Shown: piece after piece, positions 9,107-18,196 of the stretch
How the letters are laid out: each line of letters starts with the position of its first letter
Position numbering within the stretch: the first letter of the stretch is position 1
NCBI GenBank assembly: GCA_965223875.1
Contig: OZ245024.1
Coordinates: 492,015-556,014 of the forward strand
Length of the DNA stretch: 64,000 bases
From: Candidatus Multivoradales bacterium
GTDB lineage: Bacteria > Acidobacteriota > Thermoanaerobaculia > Multivoradales > JAHEKO01
Direction: 5' to 3'
Program-made: the position numbers and the translations under genes
The notes under the pieces: generated by a model
Told to the model about the DNA's origin: nothing
Databases searched by the model: none
The model's input: only the letters and a program-made list of their open reading frames with translations

Positions 9107-9157
9107 TGGTGTCCCCAACGGGATTCGAACCCGTGTTGCCAGCTTGAAAGGCTGGAG
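9107..9157. repeat. 51-bp direct repeat of the tRNA-Glu 3' end (att site of the integrated element, distal to int)
   Basis: 'tggtgtccccaacgggattcgaacccgtgttgccagcttgaaaggctggag' is identical to 18197-18247. It is preceded by a 3x 'ctcgagaac' tandem. Confidence 0.85.
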
Positions 9158-9276
9158 CTTGACATGCTCTAAAGGCATGTAAACCCAGGGCTTATCTGAA
9201 ACAGAGGATTGAGAGGTCCCCATTGGGGTCCCCAACAGGATCTACGTTCTGCCTTCTGGCCGGCTTGACCAGACCG

Positions 9277-9897
9277 TCACGGATCGGACTGTTTTCGTCG
9301 CCACCGCTCGTAGCGCTCCCACTTGGCGCGGTGCTCGTGACTGAAGGATGTTGCTTCGGAGGGCAGGAAGACGTAGCCAGGACGCTCTAGATCGAAGACT
9401 CCGAGGGCGAGGTTGAGCCGCAGGAGTCCGAGCTTGTTCTCGAGGTCGGCCTGGGAGAGCCCTTCGAGCTTGTCAGCCGAGTAGAAGCGAGGTAGGTCCT
9501 CAAGAGTGACTTGCTCCCAAGGGTCCACGGGAGCAGGTACTTGCTCTTCGGCGGGCTCGATCGCCGCATCCTCCTTGCCGATGTCCCCCAAGGTCTCCTC
9601 AAGCTCCCGCTCTAGCTCCAGCTGGGTCTCGATCAGCCGCGCCATGGTCGCGGCCCTGGCCTGAATATGGACGGCTTTCTCCCTGAACCGCTCGAGCTCG
9701 GGGATTGTCGCGGCGTCAGCCTCGCCGCCAAGGTACAGCCAGGCCTCCTCGAGGTCGCTGCGCGCCCGCTCAAGGCACTGCCAGGAGACGTCCGCCAGCC
9801 TGGCTCGCAACTCCTCCTGACTGAGCCCCTCGAGATCCTCTGGCTTCACGAAGTCGGGAAAGTCGTCGGCCGTGAGCTTGGAATCATCCGCAACCAC
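9277..9897 (-). CDS. Hypothetical acidic protein with internal repeat (island cargo)
   Basis: 206 aa. Contains the repeated motif 'DLEGLSQEELRARL'/'KLEGLSQADLENKL'. Confidence 0.4.
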   Translation of the reverse strand: MVADDSKLTADDFPDFVKPEDLEGLSQEELRARLADVSWQCLERARSDLEEAWLYLGGEADAATIPELERFREKAVHIQARAATMARLIETQLELERELEETLGDIGKEDAAIEPAEEQVPAPVDPWEQVTLEDLPRFYSADKLEGLSQADLENKLGLLRLNLALGVFDLERPGYVFLPSEATSFSHEHRAKWERYERWRRKQSDP

Positions 9898-9925
9898 GGC
9901 TGCCTCACCCTTCTCGGTTCTGCTC

Positions 9926-10234
9926 CTACTCGAGGTAGCCGCGTTCCTTCAGCTTCTTGAGGTAGTCCTCTCGGGACTCTGTGCATCCGACCATCGCATA
10001 GAGAGTGGACAGTTCACCTGGCTCAAGGCGAAGCTGCCCCGCGATCTGTCTCAGAAGGGACGGGTGGAGAGAAGCTGACCGCAGATTGCGTGAGAATCGA
10101 GTGGTGGTGACCCGCTTGTTGTTGACTGTGAGGGCGACGGCTTCATGCTTCTTGCCGGGGACTTCCTCGAAGCCAAACTTGCTAACTAGGGAGGTTTTCA
10201 GTTCCCCCTTCGTCACTACCGGGCGCTTACTCAC
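9926..10234 (-). CDS. Hypothetical small protein (possible toxin-like partner of the upstream ORF)
   Basis: 102-aa ORF. A 4-bp overlap with the upstream ORF suggests an operonic pair. Confidence 0.35.
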   Translation of the reverse strand: MSKRPVVTKGELKTSLVSKFGFEEVPGKKHEAVALTVNNKRVTTTRFSRNLRSASLHPSLLRQIAGQLRLEPGELSTLYAMVGCTESREDYLKKLKERGYLE

Positions 10235-10656
10235 CGAGGCACTGGGCCGAGAAAATACTCGAGCATGTGCAACTGATGGGCTAGGTGTTGCGAGAGTTCG
10301 CTGCGTGACTGGTCGAGTTCAGCGCGTGTCTCGAACAACATGTCAAGGAAGTCCTCTAGGGCTTCATCGAGCGAGTCACCTACGCCATATGCAGAGAGGA
10401 TCTCGTCACACACCATCGTTTGGCCGGCATCGATCTCCTGCCCGCTAAGAAGGAGAGGTCTCTTGAGGCCTGGTCCCTGCACCCGGAATACGACGGGGTG
10501 AGGTTCATACGGATAGTCGTCTGCCGAGGAGCTGACAGCACTTGGCCCAAAAGTGATCTGGTCGTGACTATTCAGCATCTTCCCCACCACTTGATCCCAA
10601 AATGGTGCGACCCTCATCGTAGCTACGCATGTTCTCAACGAGGGCGTGTGCCACAC
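10231..10656 (-). CDS. Hypothetical protein
   Basis: 141-aa ORF. Its true start is probably internal, because it overlaps the DUF3467 ORF. Confidence 0.3.
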   Translation of the reverse strand: MWHTPSLRTCVATMRVAPFWDQVVGKMLNSHDQITFGPSAVSSSADDYPYEPHPVVFRVQGPGLKRPLLLSGQEIDAGQTMVCDEILSAYGVGDSLDEALEDFLDMLFETRAELDQSRSELSQHLAHQLHMLEYFLGPVPR

Positions 10657-10894
10657 GTCTCATGGTTCCTGGCGAAAGTGCAACTCGCGCAACTGGGCGA
10701 ACACTCACCATCTCTGGCGTTTCGGCATTGAGCATCGATGCCGGGGGCGTGGCCTCCCCAAAGATCAGGTAGAACTCGTTTCCCGAAGCATGGGAAACAA
10801 CTACATGGTTGGCGAATACCGTCGACAGGTCATCGTCGTCATCCGACCAGACCAGCCGCACGATCTTGCGGTCCTCTTTCGGCACTGGGTTCAT
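10568..10894 (-). CDS. DUF3467 domain protein
   Basis: 'FANHVVVSHASGNEFYLIFGEATPP' resembles the DUF3467 core. Confidence 0.45.
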   Translation of the reverse strand: MNPVPKEDRKIVRLVWSDDDDDLSTVFANHVVVSHASGNEFYLIFGEATPPASMLNAETPEMVSVRPVARVALSPGTMRRVAHALVENMRSYDEGRTILGSSGGEDAE

Positions 10895-11047
10895 CCGCAG
10901 AATGAGAGATTAAACACTAGCATACCGCTGCCTGAACAACGGTGTCCTAGCGCGGCATCATCGGTGGTTGCAAGATGGGCGCCACCCGGCGCGACGGACG
11001 TGACCGGGTGACGCCTGGCTGGGCGAGATGAGGAAACCCAGCCGTTT

Positions 11048-11751
11048 CTAGGCTGCGGCTGGAGGCGTGTCCTTCGCCCGCTCCGCGAGCGTCCGAGCCT
11101 GAGCCGCTGCGATCTCATCAGCCCGAGCGGCTTCAGGATCGCGAGACTTGGCGATCTCAGCCGCAACGATGGTCTCGCCGACCCGAAGATGCTTGACGGC
11201 ATCCGACAGAGCGTCCGCGAGCCTGGCCTGCCCGGGGTCGAGCTGTCGGGCCACGTGCCGGCGCATGTCGGAGGTCGGAAGCAGGCCGAAGGCGCTTGGG
11301 CCACACAGCGCCGAGACAAGCACCTGCGGGTCATCCGCGTGCATCGCGTCGGTGATCGCCTTAGATCGCTCTGAACGCGGTAGGCCGAGCAGCCAGTCGC
11401 GCACCTCACGCTGCTGCCAGCTTGGGACACGCTCGACCACGGTCGAGCCAGAGAGCAGCTCAGCCTCTGCCAGGACCGCAGCTGCACGTGCCTTGCTGCC
11501 GTAGTCACGCTTGATCTTCCCGAGCTCCTCGCTGGCCTTGGCGGCTGCCCGGGTCTTGAGCCGTCGCTTGGCCATGTCTCCGATCTCGAGGTTGGCGTCG
11601 ATCCGCGCGATCTCGTCCCGGTGAGACTTCATCACTCCGCGCAGCGACCCGTAGCCGCTCTGGGCGCTTTGGAAGCCCGGCGTCTTGTAGTCGTCGGCGA
11701 ACTTCGGGAAGTCCGGCAGTTCGCCGAGGGTCATGCTCCGTTCGTCCGTCA
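11048..11751 (-). CDS. Hypothetical protein
   Basis: Start taken at the internal 'MTDERSMTLGELPDF'. The ORF track extends it to 12007 through the next small gene. Confidence 0.35.
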
Positions 11752-11976
11752 TGCTGCCTCCAGGTTCGCGAGCCGTTCGCGAAGCGCCCTGACGTATTCC
11801 CCGCCTCCCATCCAGGACTGAACTGCCTGGAACGTGTAGCGGATTCCATCGGGTGTCTCGATCCAGCCGGGGCCCGGCGTCGAGTGGACGGTGTGCCCTT
11901 CGCGCCAGGCCTGCAGGGTTGCTTCTGGGATCATGGTTTGAGTTGAAACGTCGGCTTCCGTCAGTAGGTCTTTCAT
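11749..11976 (-). CDS. Hypothetical small protein
   Basis: 75-aa ORF with clean coding composition. Confidence 0.3.
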   Translation of the reverse strand: MKDLLTEADVSTQTMIPEATLQAWREGHTVHSTPGPGWIETPDGIRYTFQAVQSWMGGGEYVRALRERLANLEAA

Positions 11977-12003
11977 GTGGTCCTTTCTGCCCTAGCGGGC
12001 GTG

Positions 12004-13455
12004 TCACCTCAAGAAGTTCGCGCGGGTCACGGTGACTTCGCCACCCACGTAGTCCTCCATCACGAGATAGCGCAGCGCGTCCGCGGCGTGGTCGGCCGCC
12101 CGGGTATCTACATCGTCCTCGTCTCTGGGGAGCGTTCGCAGCGTCTCCAGGAGGTAGCGGCAGCGATCGGAGATGAGCACCTGCGCCTCGCCGTCGTCGG
12201 CAAGTAGAAGGCGCCTGAGCCGCTCCCAGCCACCAACACGTGAGCCCTTTGTGGATTCACTCACGCGGATGCCGGAGCGTTCGTACTCTGCCGCCAGAGA
12301 ACCGCGATCGTGGCCGTGGCGAGCGAAGCAGGCGGCATCGAGAACCGCCCGCGTACCAAGTCCCCACTCATCGGCCTTTCCGTGAATGTGGAGCGCCGCG
12401 TCGGCGATATCGAGTCCCAGGCCCCGATTCAGGTCGTTGGGGTCGTGCAGGGCCACCTCGTCGATGATCGCCCAGGCCTCCTTGCTGACTTCCCGCCCAT
12501 CTGGAGTCGGTAGACCGGCATAGCGAGGGCGAATGGCCAGGAGGGCAACCAGTGGAGCCGAGCGGCCATGATCGATCGACCAGAGCGATCGCCAGCGCGG
12601 CGGCCCTTGCTCGTGTACTCGCCAGTCGGGACGGAAGGGCTTTCCGTTCTCGCTCTTGAGCCACTCGGGCGACCAGCTGTCGCCATCAAGCGTGATTCGC
12701 TCCCAGTTGACGCCCTCGAAGTAGATCCCGCCCCGAACGATGAACCAATCACCCCCGATCCACGCCTCTCTGAGCTCCGGATCGGTGGCGGTGGCGGCCA
12801 AGAGCTGCGCCTTGTAGCTCTCGTGGTCGAGGAAAGGGTTGTCCTCGTGGGTGCTCGGGCAGCTCACGAACTTGGCCCCAAGCTCGTCGGTCTCGTAGGG
12901 CAGCCAAGGGGTGCGACCATCGACGTGGCGCTGGCGCAGCCAGCTGTGCCCAACACCGCCAGGGTTTGCCGCCATCACCACGCGCGTCGGAACGCCGCGG
13001 GGCGAGCGGAGGTTGCCGCGAAGGCGATCGAGGATCTCGGGAGAGGACCACTCGCCGCACTCGTCGGCTAGGAGCAGCGTTGCCGAGCGGCCCTGGAACT
13101 TGGTGAGCTGCTGCTGTGTCTGTGCCTGCTGGAGCTCGAGCGTCGCACCGTTCGGGAATCGCCACACCTTGTCAGCGCTGTTGTACCGGGCGCTGGCGCC
13201 GTAGATCGAGCTGTAGAGCTCGAGCGTCAGGGTCTCGAAGTCCCGGACGCCCGGGAAGCTCTGACGGATGTAGAGAGCCCGAGCCCGGGCCCCGTACTGC
13301 TCGGCGTGTCGAAGGGCTAGCAGAGCCAGCGTGAAGGACTTCCCTCCCCCACGACCACCACCGAGGAAGAGGTCAACATCCTCGGGCGTCGCCAGGACGC
13401 GCTCCTGGAACGGCGAGAGCCTGATTGCCGCCTCAGCTTGTTCGGCTTTCGCCAT
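12004..13455 (-). CDS. Phage terminase large subunit-like ATPase
   Basis: Walker A 'FLGGGRGGGKSF' in the N-terminal ATPase region. 483 aa, within the size range of TerL. Confidence 0.6.
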   Translation of the reverse strand: MAKAEQAEAAIRLSPFQERVLATPEDVDLFLGGGRGGGKSFTLALLALRHAEQYGARARALYIRQSFPGVRDFETLTLELYSSIYGASARYNSADKVWRFPNGATLELQQAQTQQQLTKFQGRSATLLLADECGEWSSPEILDRLRGNLRSPRGVPTRVVMAANPGGVGHSWLRQRHVDGRTPWLPYETDELGAKFVSCPSTHEDNPFLDHESYKAQLLAATATDPELREAWIGGDWFIVRGGIYFEGVNWERITLDGDSWSPEWLKSENGKPFRPDWRVHEQGPPRWRSLWSIDHGRSAPLVALLAIRPRYAGLPTPDGREVSKEAWAIIDEVALHDPNDLNRGLGLDIADAALHIHGKADEWGLGTRAVLDAACFARHGHDRGSLAAEYERSGIRVSESTKGSRVGGWERLRRLLLADDGEAQVLISDRCRYLLETLRTLPRDEDDVDTRAADHAADALRYLVMEDYVGGEVTVTRANFLR

Positions 13456-13903
13456 TGGTGCCTCCCTGTAGTTGCTTCCGCTCGACGTGGGCGGTGATCT
13501 CCTTCTCGTAGCGCTCGAGAGGTAGTGCTCCGGGCAGGGCGATCGTGACGTTGGTCGTGGACTGCTGCGCTGGCTCTGGCGGCGGGCGGTCGTTCCAACG
13601 ATGGCGACTCTTCAGCAGAAAGATCGCCGGCGTGATTGCGCTCTGGTTCTTGACCTCGAGCGCCTGGTGGAGGCGGTCGAGCAGTCTCTTCTCGTGCGCA
13701 GCCTCGCCACGCTCGAGTCGAAGTGCAGCCACCTTGTCGCGCTTGATCTCCCGCTGGAAGTCGGCCCAGACCATCCCCAGCTCGGCAGCGACGCCCTTTC
13801 GAGTGCGACCCTCGCTCCCAAGCTCTTCGAGGACCGGGTAGTCGCGGCGGAACAGCTTGGACTTGAGCCTAGGCATCAGCTCGGCTCCACTGGGATGTCG
13901 CAT
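13433..13903 (-). CDS. Putative terminase small subunit / HTH DNA-binding protein
   Basis: The 156-aa ORF lies immediately upstream of the TerL-like gene. It has an HTH-like segment 'GRTRKGVAAELGMVWADF'. Confidence 0.35.
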   Translation of the reverse strand: MRHPSGAELMPRLKSKLFRRDYPVLEELGSEGRTRKGVAAELGMVWADFQREIKRDKVAALRLERGEAAHEKRLLDRLHQALEVKNQSAITPAIFLLKSRHRWNDRPPPEPAQQSTTNVTIALPGALPLERYEKEITAHVERKQLQGGTNGESRTS

Positions 13904-14175
13904 CGTGAGCAGAGAACGATCCGTTCGCCTCGCTCATCAGCCTTCTGACACGAGCTGCACCATCGCTCACGTGGCGCGCGACGCCTGACGATTGGGGTGT
14001 CCCATAGTTCGAGGAGATGAGGCTTGAGCCACCGGATGCGTGTCTTGATCTCGTCGGCCGGGAGGCCGGCTGGAATGAGGTAGTGCACCCGGTCGCCCTG
14101 CACGTCGAGTTCGACACCCTGGCTACTGAGGTCGCGCAGCACCTCCACGGCCTCAAGGTGGTAGGCATCGATCAC
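13876..14175 (-). CDS. Hypothetical protein
   Basis: 99-aa ORF overlapping its neighbours by 4 bp, consistent with an operon. Confidence 0.3.
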   Translation of the reverse strand: MIDAYHLEAVEVLRDLSSQGVELDVQGDRVHYLIPAGLPADEIKTRIRWLKPHLLELWDTPIVRRRAPRERWCSSCQKADERGERIVLCSRCDIPVEPS

Positions 14176-15452
14176 AGGTCGCCCTCCTCGGGTTTCATGT
14201 CACCGTCCCCTGACACCGATTCCGTGGCACGAAACCTCCCGCCATCTCGAGAATCTCCAACAGGCACAGGGTTTTCCGCCACCCTTGGTTTCGTGCCACT
14301 CTTATGAGTCAGGGGTTGACACGAAACCGGGAGTCTCCATGTCGATGGCCTCCCCCTCGCTGACTCATCTCGTTCAACGACGACACCGGCGAGCTTTCGA
14401 GCGCGATGCAGGGTCCTGCGGGCGATCCCGGCGGCCGTGGCCATTCGCTCGATTTCCTGGTACTTCGCTGGGCCGTCATCAAGAACGTCCCGAAGCCAAT
14501 CAGCGGCCTCGTCCCGTTCGGTGCGCTCCTCGTCGTTCGGCATCCGAACAATGACGTTGGGGTCTACGCCGCTCTCCTCGCCCAGCCAGACGACCTTGGC
14601 GGTGGAGATCGTCCCGCCGTCGTCGTGGGGGACCTGTCGTTCCTCGATCCTGAACCGGAGAGCAGGTACGCGGTGCCTGTCGACGAGGTTCGCCTTTGCC
14701 AGGACGAGGATGCGCTCCTGGACATCGTCCGGATGTACGCCAACCGCCAGTACCGATCGGGGTCCGGTGGTGAAACCCTTCGAGCCGATGACGCGGGTCA
14801 GAACATCACGCGACAGCTCGTTCTTGTTGATGTGCCCGATACCGACGCATCCGCACTGGTGCTGTTGGGCAAGCCCGGCCAGCCGTGAGATGGACCGCTG
14901 GACCTCGCTCTTTCGATGAGAGTCGACGGACTGACCGAGATGGGCGTCGAGCGGGTCGACAACGATCAATCCAACGCCATCGATACTCTCAAGCGCAGTA
15001 CCGAGGTCGTCTAGGTGCTCGTCTAGGGCGAATACGTTCCCGTCCGGAAGCTCAACAAAGTGAACTCGATCCATGACCGCACCTGCTGCCACCAAGCGCG
15101 GCAGGAGCACAGATGTCCAATCGTCCTCGTGCCCGACATAGACAACGGGTGCGGCTGTGCCTTGCACGTCGCCGGGTAGAACGCCGCGAGTCACCGACGC
15201 CATTGCGTCGCCCATGACGATCGTCTTCCCCAATCCCTCGAGGCCGGCGACCAGCGTCACCCCGCCCGTCGCGATTCGCTCCCGCCAGACCCATCGAGGG
15301 CGGGTCATTCGTAGGCTCGACGCTGAGACGAGCCGCAGACCACGCTCCGCCGGCTTCCTCGGCTCCGACTCGGAGAGCCTGCTGGCGATCTTCCTGTAAC
15401 GGTCGCGGTAGTACTGGCGTGCCGCTGGACTCATCTCGTCGAAGACCGTCAT
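14172..15452 (-). CDS. RepA-like AAA ATPase (AAA_25/RecA-fold) with C-terminal HTH, as in satellite-phage/island replication initiators
   Basis: P-loop 'GLEGLGKT', an acidic 'LIVVDPLDAH' Walker B-like segment, and a C-terminal 'ERMATAAGIARRTLHRARK' HTH. Confidence 0.55.
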   Translation of the reverse strand: MTVFDEMSPAARQYYRDRYRKIASRLSESEPRKPAERGLRLVSASSLRMTRPRWVWRERIATGGVTLVAGLEGLGKTIVMGDAMASVTRGVLPGDVQGTAAPVVYVGHEDDWTSVLLPRLVAAGAVMDRVHFVELPDGNVFALDEHLDDLGTALESIDGVGLIVVDPLDAHLGQSVDSHRKSEVQRSISRLAGLAQQHQCGCVGIGHINKNELSRDVLTRVIGSKGFTTGPRSVLAVGVHPDDVQERILVLAKANLVDRHRVPALRFRIEERQVPHDDGGTISTAKVVWLGEESGVDPNVIVRMPNDEERTERDEAADWLRDVLDDGPAKYQEIERMATAAGIARRTLHRARKLAGVVVERDESARGRPSTWRLPVSCQPLTHKSGTKPRVAENPVPVGDSRDGGRFRATESVSGDGDMKPEEGDL

Positions 15453-15622
15453 GCCGCTCGCCCCCGTCTGGCGGCGCGGTCCATGTCGATCTTCTCGAGC
15501 CGATCGAGCTCTGCGTGGATCTCGGGATACCGTTCTCGGGCCAGGCGGTCCTGGTTCTCAAGCGCCTCAAGCTCAGCAGCGATCTCCGCCTGAACTTGGG
15601 CAACCCTCTCTCGAGCGTTCAT
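15449..15622 (-). CDS. Hypothetical small coiled-coil protein
   Basis: The manual translation 'MNARERVAQVQAEIAAELEALENQDRLARERYPEIHAELDRLEKIDMDRAARRGRAA*' is in the minus-strand frame between AlpA and RepA. An ATGA overlap joins it to the RepA start. Confidence 0.3.
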   Translation of the reverse strand: MNARERVAQVQAEIAAELEALENQDRLARERYPEIHAELDRLEKIDMDRAARRGRAA

Positions 15623-15879
15623 GCCGCTGAACGCTGGCCCTGGTCGGATGTCGACTGGCAGATACGCTCAGCCGCCCAAGCCTCCAGATCTTCAACGCGA
15701 TAGCGGATAGCGCGCGCCGTCAACCGGCAGTGCGGCGGACCTTCGCCGGTCCTCCGCCAGCCCTCGAGCGTCCGCCTACTTAGCCCGAGATAGCTCGCTG
15801 CCCCCTGTGTATCGAGCAGTCCAACTGGTGCACTTCCCATTCCGCCACTCCCAAATGCCGGAGTTCGTCCCGGCCCCAC
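15619..15879 (-). CDS. alpA: AlpA-family excisionase/transcriptional regulator
   Basis: 'ASYLGLSRRTLEGWRRTGEGPPHCRLTARAIRYRVEDLEAWAAE' fits the AlpA/Xis HTH pattern. It lies upstream of the integrase. Confidence 0.65.
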   Translation of the reverse strand: MGPGRTPAFGSGGMGSAPVGLLDTQGAASYLGLSRRTLEGWRRTGEGPPHCRLTARAIRYRVEDLEAWAAERICQSTSDQGQRSAA

Positions 15880-16074
15880 GGAGAGGGATGTGCCCTACTG
15901 CGTCTGTCAGAGGGGATTGCGTTCCGATTCACACCCATCTCACTCTCCCATCGGTCGCCCCTGCGACCCCACGGAACTGCTGTATTTAGGTAATAGCACG
16001 CAGTCACTGAACCGTCAAGGCCCCTTCGGCGTAGCGAATGTCATCTGCGGGGAATCAATTTCGCTGCTTTCGGC

Positions 16075-16647
16075 TCATGTGCGAAGCCCCGAGATCCCGT
16101 GCCTGGCTGCGTACCGGAAGGCACCGGCGAGGACGTCGTGCGCGTGCTGAGAGTGGCCGATCCTCTCTAGCAGCAGCGCGCCTTCTACCAACAGGTCGAG
16201 TATCGTTTGTGGCGTTGCGACTACGTTGGAGTCCTGGTCCCTGAGCTGGGGCACCAGCAGTATGAGCTCGTGAAGCCGGCGGCGCGCCTCGGCTTGCGCT
16301 GGACGTCCCCGCTGAAGCAGGTCCAGGCGTTGCTCCGCCTCGGACCTCCACGCCTTCCTCTTGCGCCGGAGCTCTCGCTGCAGTTCGAGCTGGTCGACGT
16401 CGAAGAGACTCGCCAGGTGTTTCTGCGTCGCGCAGTGGTACTTGAGCGAGAACTTGTTCGCCGCGTTGGGCTGTATCACGTCGTCACAGCAGGGACGCCG
16501 CTCGCTCTCGCTCGGCCACCAGGCGCCGTCTTCATCGAGGTAGCCATCGGGTGGATTCGGCGCGCTTGACCTCCCGAACTCTCGTTCTCTGTAGGCGGTA
16601 GCGGCCAATCTCAGGCGTTCCTCGGTAGACTTCTCGTGGTTGCGCAT
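16075..16647 (-). CDS. Hypothetical protein
   Basis: 190-aa ORF. Confidence 0.35.
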   Translation of the reverse strand: MRNHEKSTEERLRLAATAYREREFGRSSAPNPPDGYLDEDGAWWPSESERRPCCDDVIQPNAANKFSLKYHCATQKHLASLFDVDQLELQRELRRKRKAWRSEAEQRLDLLQRGRPAQAEARRRLHELILLVPQLRDQDSNVVATPQTILDLLVEGALLLERIGHSQHAHDVLAGAFRYAARHGISGLRT

Positions 16648-16725
16648 CGGGCTTACTCCTTTGCGTGACTCGGCCCGTCCCGGAGTTGCCGCTCCAGGCG
16701 GGCCGTCTTGTGGTTCTCCGTCCGG

Positions 16726-18018
16726 CTAGGGACGGGCTTCTCCTGTTCGTTGTGGGCGGATCGGCACCACCTCCGCTCTTTCCCCGAGCCCCAGCAGCCT
16801 CGCAATCTCACCGGAGATCGCGTCAGCGGCCGGCCTGAGTAGTTCGGGGTCGTCCGTGATGTACCGTTTGGTGATGGCCTTCGCCTGGTGCCCATGGCCG
16901 AGCAGAGCGCCCACCACGCCGGCGTAGCGGCCATCCTGAATATGGGCACCGATCGACGCGAATGAGTGCCTCAGACTATGCAGATCGACACCCCTCTCAA
17001 GCGGTAGGCCGGCCCGCTTCCAGAGGCGCCGGCGCGTGTTGTTGAACGACCGGTATGGCTGCCCCTTGGTTGCTCCCGGAATCACGTAGCTGGCGGGCTT
17101 CGCCCCTTTGGGCTTCGCGGATCGTAAGACGTCGATCGCCGCCTTCCCGATGACTCGCTTCTGCGGCCCGGTCTTCGAGTCCTTCAACGTCACGACGCCG
17201 GCCTTGAGATCCACATCCCGCCACCGGAGTGCATCTCCGCCCCGAGATCGGTGCGCATGGCCAACCACCTCACCACGCCTGAACCCGGTCAGAGCCAGTA
17301 GGCGCACCAGCAGAACGATCCGATCGTTCTCGGTCCGGTGCATCTCCTCCCCTAGCTGCCGCAACTCCTCACGGGTCAGAGCTCGCCGAGATCCCTTCTC
17401 CTCGAATCTCTCGACGTACTTGCAAGGGTTCTCATCGACCAGGCCCTCGGCCTGAGCAAACCGGAAAGCCGCTGAGAGCGCCGTCAGGGTCCGATTCCCT
17501 GCGACCGGGGTGTCGGCCAGCCTGCGATGCGCGCGGCGCACCTGGGCGGCCGTGACGGTCTTGACGGGTAGCTTCCGAATGCTCCCCAACTCGTCCCGGT
17601 GCAGCATCCGGTCAAACTCGAGATAGGTACTCTTCCGGCCCCTCCTCGCTCCCGTCTCGACCCTCCGCTCGAGATCGCCGAGATACAGATCGATCGCCTC
17701 CCCGAGTGTGGTCCCCTCTCGCTTGCGCTCTGCGAGCACTTCTCCAACGTCCTGCCCTTCTGCCTCGATGCCCCTTCGGTCCCGCGCAGCCTTGCGAGCC
17801 TGGTCGAGGGTGATATCGCCGTAGGCATCGATGAAGGTCTCGGCTCGGCGGGGCCCACGCGCCCGGTGCCAGAACTCGACCTGACCTCGTCGCGCCCTGA
17901 CGTAGAGACCTGCCTGTCCACCATCTGCACGCTTGGCCTGGAAACTAGGGTCTGCCTGTGCTTCGCGGCGTAGCTGATCTAGGTCACGCTTGGTCAATGG
18001 TGCGGCACGCTTTGGCAT
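16726..18018 (-). CDS. int: Tyrosine-type site-specific integrase
   Basis: C-terminal catalytic motifs '...HSLRHSFASIGAHIQDGRYAGVVGALLGHGHQAKAITKRYI'. It lies directly downstream of the 3' end of the complete tRNA-Glu. Confidence 0.85.
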   Translation of the reverse strand: MPKRAAPLTKRDLDQLRREAQADPSFQAKRADGGQAGLYVRARRGQVEFWHRARGPRRAETFIDAYGDITLDQARKAARDRRGIEAEGQDVGEVLAERKREGTTLGEAIDLYLGDLERRVETGARRGRKSTYLEFDRMLHRDELGSIRKLPVKTVTAAQVRRAHRRLADTPVAGNRTLTALSAAFRFAQAEGLVDENPCKYVERFEEKGSRRALTREELRQLGEEMHRTENDRIVLLVRLLALTGFRRGEVVGHAHRSRGGDALRWRDVDLKAGVVTLKDSKTGPQKRVIGKAAIDVLRSAKPKGAKPASYVIPGATKGQPYRSFNNTRRRLWKRAGLPLERGVDLHSLRHSFASIGAHIQDGRYAGVVGALLGHGHQAKAITKRYITDDPELLRPAADAISGEIARLLGLGERAEVVPIRPQRTGEARP

Positions 18019-18196
18019 AGCTGGAGTCCTTCGTGGTCCCCATAAGGGTCCCCATAAACGCCCGCGTTGTCAAGTAGTCGAGCGTAGACGACGGTAGGCC
18101 ATGCGGGATAGGGGTCAGAGGTCGACACCTCGAGAAAGCCTGTTAGTGCCTGCCTTTGCCAGGCGTTCCTCCAGCTCGAAAAGGCCCTCTAGAAGG

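Noticed and set aside
8138-9172. Long Arg-rich ORFs in alternative frames (e.g. 8138-9172, 18303-19536, 33908-34789, 51174-51794, 52404-52868, 59771-61396, 61338-62432)
   Set aside because: They overlap strongly supported genes on the same or opposite strand and have Arg/Pro/Gly-dominated composition, characteristic of spurious frames in GC-rich sequence.
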